A DNA stretch of 64,000 nucleotides from an uncultured bacterium. Its GTDB lineage: Bacteria; Eisenbacteria; RBG-16-71-46; CAIMUX01; WJJG01. Made by a program: the position numbers and the translations under genes. The notes beneath the pieces are model-generated. The model saw only the letters and a program-made list of their open reading frames with translations, searched no databases and was not told where the DNA came from. Below, piece after piece: positions 57,290 to 64,000 of this stretch. How positions within the stretch are numbered: the first letter of the stretch is position 1; each line of letters begins with the position of its first letter. The stretch covers positions 5,761 to 69,760 of the forward strand of contig CAZNJE010000022.1 in assembly GCA_964573295.1 (NCBI GenBank), written 5' to 3'.

Positions 57290-59326
57290 CTAGTCGAGGA
57301 AGTGCCACTCGATGCCCATGCGGTATCCGCGTCCGGGAAGGGGCATCCATCCATCATCGTAGGTAGCCGACTCGCCCCAATCGCCCGGCGCGCTCGGGTC
57401 GCCCAGCGCGTTGTGGAGCGCCATGAAGAAGGAGGCATCCCGAATTCGTCCCCGCCCCTCCAGATCCAGCCGGGCATGCTCGGGTAGCTCTCCATAGGGA
57501 CTCGTCCGGGACCCGGTGTAGACCACGGTCGCCACACCCTGCCAGAGCAGGTCGCCCCTGAAAACGCTCCCCTCGGCCACCAGTGACACCTGCCCTCGCT
57601 CGCCCGGCTGAAAGACCGGCAGCTCCGCGAACGTTCGCGGCGTCAGCATGACCCGGCCCGATCCCTCCAGCGCAAAGCCGTAGAGGAGGTCGATACGGCC
57701 GCTCCCTTGCCAGGCCCAGAGATCGGCATCGCTCAGCAGTTGATCGCTCTGGAGCGATTCCCGGTCAGCCGGCACCAGGCGGGCGGCCTGATCGCCGCGC
57801 AATCCAATCCCGTTCTCGATGCGTCGCCACTCGGGCCCGGTCTCCAGCCGCAGCGGCCCGGCTCGCAAGCGCATACCCACGACGAGTTCGGTCACCCGCC
57901 GCAGTCCGCCCGTCGAAGCGTCCTCTCCGCCGGGGAAGAACAGGCCCCGTTCGAGCGCGGCTACCCCGTCCGGTTCGGCCCGCGGCACGAACTGCTGCGT
58001 GCCGCCGGACCATGCGCGGGCGAAGCCCCCCCACACGGTGCCCGGCTCGTAGGCTACGTCCAGATGCGCCCGCAGGTGTCCGGACTGCCACCAGGGATCG
58101 CTGTACCCAACGGCGGCTCGGTACGACCAGGGACCCGTCGCATGGACCCAGCCCATAGCGAGTCCCATGCCAGTGCGTGACCAGTTCTGCTCGCGGACGT
58201 GCCGGCGTCCGTAGCTCATTTGGGTGTGCTCGATCCCGATCGAGGCAAGGGCCTCTCCGGTGCCCAGGAAGATGCGGCGGCCGATCAGCGTCGCGCCCGT
58301 GGAGGTGCTCCGCCGCCGGATGTTTTCGTCGACCGACCACCAGCGGGTCAGATCATTCCGTCGCTCGATCACAAGCTCCGCATCGTAGGTCGTGCTCGAT
58401 AGCCATTGCCCACCCACGCTCAACTGCTCGGCTTCCCACAGAAGCTTGCGATGATTCTCGATGTTCACTTGGCCATGGCGTCCCGCGGCAACCGCCCGCA
58501 GGCCGCCCCAAGATTCGGCGCGATCGACCGCGAGGTAGAGGTTCTGGAATTTGGTCACATCGTACAGATAGCGGCCCGCGGCATTCGCGTGCGCGTAGCT
58601 GCCCTGGACGCCCCACGCACCCACGCGGCGGGCCAGGATCAGGTCTTCGGTGCCGGATCCGGATGGCCCTTCCGTGAGACGGAATGCGCTGGGCGTCCGC
58701 TGCGGCACGTGGTCCGGCAGGCTGGCGTAGATAGCACCGTCGCTACCCTGTCCCAGTGGATCGAACACCGGATCTGGATGGACGATGAAGACCGCCTCCG
58801 AGAGCAGCGGCGATAATGTGTGCGAGAGGCCTTCGGGCACTCCCGCTCCCGCCGTCGCCTGACCGGCCAAGCAGAAGGAGAACCGGTCGGTTCCCGGCCC
58901 CCAGGCATAGGGAGTGTCGTAGGCCCCCGGACTGCCCGCCGCGAAGAGACCCAGAGGGGACTCGGCCTCGATCAGTTCCGAGAAGTACATCGCCGAGGAG
59001 CGGGTCAGCTCGGCTCGCGTGGCAGCGGGTCTGGGCGTTCCGGCGGTCGTGCGCGCCAGCCGATAGTCGGCGCGCCACCAGAGCCCGGCCCGCGGGGCCT
59101 CAAGCGCGGCGGCCGAGTCGCCGAAGGCGATCGCAGCCAGCGAATCCGGCAACCCTCCCAGCGAGTCGGCGGAGACGGTCAGCGAGTCTGCCGAAACGCG
59201 CAGGGAGTCGGCTGGGGGGGGTGTCACCGGCGAGGTGGAGGGCGTCTTCAGAGGCCGGGATGGATCGGCGGCGAAGGCGCCCACGGCCGCCGGCAGGCCG
59301 GCGATGATGGCCAGGAGCGCCGCCAC
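57290..59326 (-). CDS. Uncharacterised large exported/outer-membrane-type protein
   Basis: It is a long ORF with a hydrophobic signal-like segment (AALLAIIAGLPAAVGAFA). The sequence is rich in Gly/Ser/Trp/Tyr with alternating patterns, suggestive of beta-strands. It ends ...YRMGIEWHFLD; the terminal F-x-D is not a classic OMP C-terminus. The start is uncertain: the GTG at 59326 is used, and in-frame upstream ATGs would encode an Arg/Thr-rich repeat from the 9-bp tandem array. Confidence 0.45.
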   Translation of the reverse strand: MAALLAIIAGLPAAVGAFAADPSRPLKTPSTSPVTPPPADSLRVSADSLTVSADSLGGLPDSLAAIAFGDSAAALEAPRAGLWWRADYRLARTTAGTPRPAATRAELTRSSAMYFSELIEAESPLGLFAAGSPGAYDTPYAWGPGTDRFSFCLAGQATAGAGVPEGLSHTLSPLLSEAVFIVHPDPVFDPLGQGSDGAIYASLPDHVPQRTPSAFRLTEGPSGSGTEDLILARRVGAWGVQGSYAHANAAGRYLYDVTKFQNLYLAVDRAESWGGLRAVAAGRHGQVNIENHRKLLWEAEQLSVGGQWLSSTTYDAELVIERRNDLTRWWSVDENIRRRSTSTGATLIGRRIFLGTGEALASIGIEHTQMSYGRRHVREQNWSRTGMGLAMGWVHATGPWSYRAAVGYSDPWWQSGHLRAHLDVAYEPGTVWGGFARAWSGGTQQFVPRAEPDGVAALERGLFFPGGEDASTGGLRRVTELVVGMRLRAGPLRLETGPEWRRIENGIGLRGDQAARLVPADRESLQSDQLLSDADLWAWQGSGRIDLLYGFALEGSGRVMLTPRTFAELPVFQPGERGQVSLVAEGSVFRGDLLWQGVATVVYTGSRTSPYGELPEHARLDLEGRGRIRDASFFMALHNALGDPSAPGDWGESATYDDGWMPLPGRGYRMGIEWHFLD

Positions 59327-59336
59327 GGCGACCGTA

Positions 59337-59399
59337 CGGACCCTGCGGACCCTGCGGATCGTGCGGGTCGTGCGGGTCGTGCGGATCGTGCGGGTCGTG
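59337..59399. repeat. Seven tandem 9-bp units (GGACCCTGC/GGATCGTGC/GGGTCGTGC) immediately 3' of the TPR gene stop and 5' of the downstream gene
   Basis: It is seen directly. On the coding strand it reads (CGCACGACC/CGCACGATC)n. Confidence 0.55.
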
Positions 59400-61949
59400 C
59401 TAGGCCGCGCGTCCCTCGATTTCGGCAAGGAGCGCCGACGCCTCCCGATCTTCGGGCTGCTCTTCAAGCAGGCTGCGCAGACTCTCCTTGGCCGCATCGA
59501 TCTCTCCCACCGCCTGGTACTCACGGGCCAGCAGATACCGCAGACCGTTGCGCTCGGCGGAGGATCCTTCACCGCCTTCCAGACTCTGGCGGAACTCGTG
59601 AATCGCCTCCCGGTGGCGGTCGAGTCGGCTCAGGCACGTGCCGCGCAGCTCGCACAACCGCCGCGCAAAGTCGCCCGCGGCTTCCTCTCCGGCCAGCGCC
59701 TGCTCGAACTCCGCAAGAGCTTCTTCGTAGAGCTCCATTTCCATGTGCGAGACGCCCAGATCGTAGTGAGCCTGCGCATCGTCTTCACCGACCTGCTGCT
59801 TGATCCCCTCCTGGAACTCCTCGAGCAGGGCGCCGAGTTCCATCCACTCCTGGTGCGCGCTGTCGCCTGGTGTGCTCTCCCCCGCCCGCACGTCCACCAA
59901 GGCTTCCTTCGAAGAAAGGACCTCTTCGATCGTGCCCGGATTGCTCACATCGGCCGGCGCGCTCGCCTCGGCTCCATCGCTCATCTCCGCCGGCGCGCTC
60001 GCCTCGGCTCCATCGCTCATCTCCGCCGGCGCGCTCGCCTCGTCCGTATCCGGCGTCGTCTCGACGTCCATGCCGAGTTCGGCGAATCGCACCAGGCGCC
60101 GCTGCACCGTTTCATTCGCGGAATCGAGCGTCAGGGCACGCCGGAAATGGGGCACGGCCGCCGGCAGATCCCCTTCCTGAATGCATAGATCTCCCAGCAG
60201 AATCAGACCGCGCACAATGCCGGCATTGTCCTGAAGCGCCTCGGAGATCTCAATGAGTTTCTCGGCTGCTTCCTGCGACTGGGTCTCCAGACGAATCCAC
60301 TCTTCGACCCGCTTCGCCGCCACGGTGTATTGCTCGGCCTCGATGGCCAGCCGCGTCGCAGTAGCCGGATTCGCCAGGTGTCCGGCATCGAGGAAGCCCT
60401 CATCCGCGTCGATCTCGATTACGCCCGGCATCGGGGCATCGGCATCATCCTCGTCCAGGACCTCGCCGCCGCCACTGCCTCCCCCTGAAGGGCTGGTGTC
60501 CGCGGACCCGGCCAAATCGCCAGCATCCGTGGACTCCGTGGCATCGCCGGTGCCACCGGGCCCCACTGCAGGACCAGCGCCGGTGACCCCGGTCGCGGCG
60601 CCCGCTTCGGCGGATGGGCCGGCAGGGGTCTCGTCAGCGTCGAGGTCGATCTCCCGGAAGGAGATCGATCGCCGCGCACCGGTCTCCCCGTCTTTCACCC
60701 CGGAACAGGTCATCGTGTCCCGATGCGGTTTTGAATCCGTGTCGGATTCCTCGCTCTGCGAGGATCCGTCCTCCGCATCAGACGAGGACGCGGTGGGCGC
60801 GGCGGAAATCTCGAACGCTTCGGATACATTCTGCAGCGCCCGCGCCGGGGATGATCCGTCGGACGCCACCGCTCCAGATGCTCCGCCGTCCGACGGCTCG
60901 CCGGCTTCCGTGGGTGTCTGGCTCTGATCGGAGGAAAGGTCGTCCAGGTCGAACACGGCCGGTCCGCCCGGGGAATCGGCATCTTCTAGCGCGGCCGGTC
61001 CGCCCGGGAGATCGGCATCCTCGAGCGCGGCCGGTGGGCCCGGGGCATGGGCATCCTCGAGCGCGGCCGGTCTCTCCGGCGGATCGGCGTCGCCGGCACC
61101 GATGCTCTCGAACGTGGTCTGGATCTCGGCGAGAACCTCCTCGCGCGTGTCATCATCGGTCGAGTTCCCCGAACCACCAGCCTCATGCGGGGACGGTCCC
61201 TCAGCGTCGTCCTCAGTATCACGCGTCGCCAGCATCTGCCCCACCCGTTCGGTCACGCCGGGATCGAGTTCGGCCGCCTTCGCCAGCAGCTCGGACGCCA
61301 GGTCGCGCTCACCCGATTCGTGAGCAACCTCGGCCGATCGTAACAGGACATCGGCGGCGTCATCGGTGCGGTTCAAACCGATCAGCACCTGGCTGAGGTG
61401 CAAGGCCAGCGTAGCGCGGCGCGGGGCGAGTTCACAGGCATGGGCCACGCCGTCGCGGAAGGTCTGCTGCTCGCGTTCTTCGGGAGAAGCGCTGGCCAAG
61501 TAGATCGCGTAGGACTCGAGGGCATCCCCGACCAAGTCATCGGCGGCATAGAGCGTCCCGAGGAGGCGGTGAACGTCGTGGCGCGAGCTATCGATCCTCA
61601 AAATCTTGCGACACAGGGCAATGGCATTGCGATGGAAGCCCAGTTTGCGATAGTGCGCGATGGCAGACTGGTAGTGTCCGACGGCTCCCTCGAGATCGCC
61701 GGCCTTCACGCACAGATCGCCCACGTAGAGGTAGTCATACGGATCCGCATCCGACTCCAAGATGGGAAGGTATGTCTGGATCGCCTTGGCGACCTGCCCT
61801 GCTTTGGCGAGCTTCTGGGCATTGCGTCTGATCGAGATGTTTTTCTGCAAGCCTCTGCACCCCCGAGCGGTCTTGACCGGGATACACGAATGCGACCAGA
61901 ACATTGCCGTGTCACTTCTGTGTATCGTCCGCGCGGGGGGGCATCTCAA
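59400..61949 (-). CDS. Large TPR-repeat protein with two long acidic low-complexity linkers containing tandem peptide repeats
   Basis: It has N-terminal, central and C-terminal TPR-like blocks (e.g. LILLGDLCIQEGDLPAAVPHFRRALTLD). Acidic repeats (AALEDA... x3 and ASAPAEMSDGAE x2.5) are encoded by DNA tandem repeats at ~59930-60020 and ~60960-61090. No signal peptide was seen. The start is ambiguous (ORF start 61949; ATG at 61904; or TTG at 61850 giving MQKNISIRR...). Confidence 0.55.
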   Translation of the reverse strand: MRCPPARTIHRSDTAMFWSHSCIPVKTARGCRGLQKNISIRRNAQKLAKAGQVAKAIQTYLPILESDADPYDYLYVGDLCVKAGDLEGAVGHYQSAIAHYRKLGFHRNAIALCRKILRIDSSRHDVHRLLGTLYAADDLVGDALESYAIYLASASPEEREQQTFRDGVAHACELAPRRATLALHLSQVLIGLNRTDDAADVLLRSAEVAHESGERDLASELLAKAAELDPGVTERVGQMLATRDTEDDAEGPSPHEAGGSGNSTDDDTREEVLAEIQTTFESIGAGDADPPERPAALEDAHAPGPPAALEDADLPGGPAALEDADSPGGPAVFDLDDLSSDQSQTPTEAGEPSDGGASGAVASDGSSPARALQNVSEAFEISAAPTASSSDAEDGSSQSEESDTDSKPHRDTMTCSGVKDGETGARRSISFREIDLDADETPAGPSAEAGAATGVTGAGPAVGPGGTGDATESTDAGDLAGSADTSPSGGGSGGGEVLDEDDADAPMPGVIEIDADEGFLDAGHLANPATATRLAIEAEQYTVAAKRVEEWIRLETQSQEAAEKLIEISEALQDNAGIVRGLILLGDLCIQEGDLPAAVPHFRRALTLDSANETVQRRLVRFAELGMDVETTPDTDEASAPAEMSDGAEASAPAEMSDGAEASAPADVSNPGTIEEVLSSKEALVDVRAGESTPGDSAHQEWMELGALLEEFQEGIKQQVGEDDAQAHYDLGVSHMEMELYEEALAEFEQALAGEEAAGDFARRLCELRGTCLSRLDRHREAIHEFRQSLEGGEGSSAERNGLRYLLAREYQAVGEIDAAKESLRSLLEEQPEDREASALLAEIEGRAA

Positions 61950-61952
61950 CCG

Positions 61953-63245
61953 TCAGCTTGAGGAAAGCCGCGGCATCTGCCTGCGCACGACACTGCGCCC
62001 GGCGATGAACAGGTCGCGCAGATCAGGGTAGCCGACGTGGTAGGGCAGACGCGCGTAGGAGGGCGCATCCAGGATCTGGACATCGGCCCGGTAGCCGGGC
62101 AGCAGGGCCCCACGGTCGCTCGCCAGTCCCAGAGCGGCGGCAGCGTTGTAAGTGGCGGCCACGACGGCTTCAGCCGGGGTCAGGTCCATCTGGAGACAGG
62201 ACAGGGCGATGATCCAGGGCATCGACTCGGTCATCGAGCTGCCCGGGTTGCAGTCGGTGGCGATCGCCACCGGCACCCCGGCTCGAATCAGCTTGCGAGC
62301 CGGTGCGTATTCTCTTGTCTTCAAGGAAAATAGCGTCCCCGGCAACAGCACGGCCACCGTCCCGGCTTCGGCCAGGGCGGCCATACCGGCCTCCGAGATC
62401 CGGCCCAGATGGTCGGCCGAAATCGCCCCGACCTCGGCTGCCAGTTCGGCTCCACCCATCGGCTCGATCTCGTCGGCATGCAGTTTCGGCGTCATGCCGG
62501 CCGCGCGCGCCGCCCGGAGGATTCGGCGGGATTGCGCCACATCGAAAACGCCCTTCTCGCAGAACACGTCGCAGAAGCGTGCAATGCCCAGACGGCCCGC
62601 CGCCGGAATCATCTCCTCGACCAGCAGGTCGACGTACTCATCGGTACGCGGGCGGTACTCGGCGGGCACCTCGTGCGCCCCGAGGTAGGTGGCCACGACC
62701 TCCAGCGGGTGGCGCCGGTCCAACTCGGCGATCAACCGCAGCGCTCTTTGCTCCTGTTCGGGATCGAGCGCATACCCGGTCTTGATCTCGACCGTGCCCG
62801 TGCCGAACGCGGCCATTTGATCCATCCGCCGGAGCGACTCGGCCAGAAGCGCCTCGTCGATTGCGGCCCGGAACATCGAAACGCTCGAGAGGATACCGCC
62901 TCCGGCCGAGGCGATCTCCATGTAGGACTTGCCCTCGAGCCGCTGTTCGAACTCCCACTCCCGCGTGCCGGCGAAGAGCACGTGCGTGTGAGGATCGACG
63001 AAGGCCGGCAGGATTACCCCGCCGCGCGCATCCACCTCTTCCCCGGCCTCGGCCAGCACGTACTCCCGTAGCAGGTGATCACTGGGGCCCACCGCGATGA
63101 TCCGTCCTTCACGGGCCACCAGACCAGCGTTCGTCATGAGTCCGAGTTCGGCCATCTCGGCCCCGACCTTAGGATGCCCCGGTACCGCCGGCGCCATGGT
63201 CAACACCTGGGCCGCTCCGGTGATGCGCAGATCGATCGCCGTCAT
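61953..63245 (-). CDS. hutI: Imidazolonepropionase
   Basis: The ATG at 63245 is preceded by GGGAGGGG. The amidohydrolase metal-binding residues are FVDPHTHVLF...HADE...ATDCNPGSS. It is 431 aa. Confidence 0.85.
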   Translation of the reverse strand: MTAIDLRITGAAQVLTMAPAVPGHPKVGAEMAELGLMTNAGLVAREGRIIAVGPSDHLLREYVLAEAGEEVDARGGVILPAFVDPHTHVLFAGTREWEFEQRLEGKSYMEIASAGGGILSSVSMFRAAIDEALLAESLRRMDQMAAFGTGTVEIKTGYALDPEQEQRALRLIAELDRRHPLEVVATYLGAHEVPAEYRPRTDEYVDLLVEEMIPAAGRLGIARFCDVFCEKGVFDVAQSRRILRAARAAGMTPKLHADEIEPMGGAELAAEVGAISADHLGRISEAGMAALAEAGTVAVLLPGTLFSLKTREYAPARKLIRAGVPVAIATDCNPGSSMTESMPWIIALSCLQMDLTPAEAVVAATYNAAAALGLASDRGALLPGYRADVQILDAPSYARLPYHVGYPDLRDLFIAGRSVVRRQMPRLSSS

Positions 63246-64000
63246 GCGCTTCCCCTCCCGGTCTCGTCGCGCGCCCATTCGGCCACGACACGCATCAGCT
63301 CTTCCTCGTTCTCCACCGTCTCGACCGGCACCGGCAGCGCGCCGCGGAAGCGGCTCCCGTATCGGGCCCGCACGATGCGCGCATCCAGAATCACACACAG
63401 GCCCCGGTCGTCGGCTCGGCGGATGAGGCGTCCCACGCCCTGCCGCAACTTCAGGATCGCCTCGGGCAGCGCGTACTCGAAGAAGCCGGATCGTCCCTCA
63501 CGCTCCAACTCCTCGCCGATGGCCTCGGCGCGTGGATCGCTGGGCACCGGAAACGGGAGGCGGGTCACGATCAAGATCTCGAGCTCCTCGCCCGGGAAAT
63601 CCACCCCCTGCCAGAAACTGGCCGTGCCGAGCAGGACGCCGGCCTTCGCCGCGCGGAACTGCTCGATCAAGCGCGAGCGCGAAGTCTCACGGGTCTGCGC
63701 CAGGATCGCGACTCCATCGAGCGCACGTTCGCTGTGCAGAAGCGTCTCCACCTCCCGCAGGGTCTGATAGGCCGTGAACAGCACCAGCGCCTTCCGGCGC
63801 GCTTTGCCAAGAAGCCGGGCGATCGCCGAGGCCAGGAACCGGGCGTAGTCGCCCTCGCGCGGATCCGGCGCGTAGGTGGGCACCACCAGGCGCAATTGCC
63901 GCTTCAGGTCGAATGGGCTCGTCAGCTCCAGTGCCACCACTTCGGGCGCTTCGACGCCGACTTGCCGGCAGAAATAGCCGAACTCATCGTCCGCGCCCAA
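63242..64000 (-). CDS. DinG/Rad3-family ATP-dependent DNA helicase, C-terminal part (5' end beyond the window)
   Basis: The Helicase_C_2 region is ...LVLFTAYQTLREV...GVLLGTASFWQGVDFPGEELEILIVTRLPFPVPSDP...LRQGVGRLIRRADDRGLCVILDAR. The stop overlaps the hutI start. Confidence 0.6.
   Translation of the reverse strand: MGADDEFGYFCRQVGVEAPEVVALELTSPFDLKRQLRLVVPTYAPDPREGDYARFLASAIARLLGKARRKALVLFTAYQTLREVETLLHSERALDGVAILAQTRETSRSRLIEQFRAAKAGVLLGTASFWQGVDFPGEELEILIVTRLPFPVPSDPRAEAIGEELEREGRSGFFEYALPEAILKLRQGVGRLIRRADDRGLCVILDARIVRARYGSRFRGALPVPVETVENEEELMRVVAEWARDETGRGSA

Overview
This is a high-GC (~68%) bacterial chromosomal window that is densely coding, mostly on the minus strand. It has three parts. 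First (1-17.6 kb), a long co-directional housekeeping array. It runs lepA, lepB, hemW, a GT4 glycosyltransferase, a polyprenyl-phosphate sugar transferase, dnaJ, rsmE, and an archaeal/eukaryal-type pheS-pheT. Next to it are a selC-like tRNA-Sec, a TPR protein, ridA and a GlmM-like mutase. Second (17.7-19.0 kb), a low-GC ~1 kb islet carries a hicB-hicA toxin-antitoxin pair. It is flanked by 10-bp direct repeats and sits beside tRNA-Thr(CGU) and tRNA-Phe(GAA). Next come a response regulator, a GAF histidine kinase, a DUF3467 protein, an aminotransferase, a divergent LysR/myo-inositol-1-phosphate synthase pair, a FAH-family protein, an acyltransferase, dprA, obg, coaD, rsmD and tatA. Third (33-57 kb), a complete type IV pilus supercluster. 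It holds a minor-pilin operon (pilV-like, pilX-like, fimT/gspH-like and a 953-aa pilW-like protein with FN3-like repeats and a C-terminal lectin-like domain). After it come pilQ-P-O-N-M, pilD, a TPR protein, an ABC permease and ATPase (pilI/pilH-like), two tandem major-pilin paralogs, pilR, pilS, pilC, pilT, pilB and comEA. This order closely matches the Myxococcus xanthus pil locus, so the source is probably a Myxococcota-like organism (inference). Further downstream are an uncharacterised large outer-membrane-type protein, an 849-aa TPR protein with long acidic repeats, hutI and the C-terminus of a DinG-like helicase. I see no CRISPR array or transposase. The most interesting observations are these. 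(1) The giant pilW-like pseudopilin looks like a pilus-tip adhesin in the place PilY1 usually occupies. (2) A palindromic motif TGCAGTCTGCA recurs upstream of pilA and of the minor-pilin operon, and a sigma-54 -24/-12 element lies upstream of pilA; together these suggest a PilR enhancer. (3) The selC-like tRNA-Sec. (4) The repeat-flanked HicAB islet next to tRNA genes. (5) The archaeal-type PheRS. (6) Several proteins carry low-complexity insertions encoded by short tandem DNA repeats. All start codons were inferred by eye from SD-like motifs and remain uncertain.
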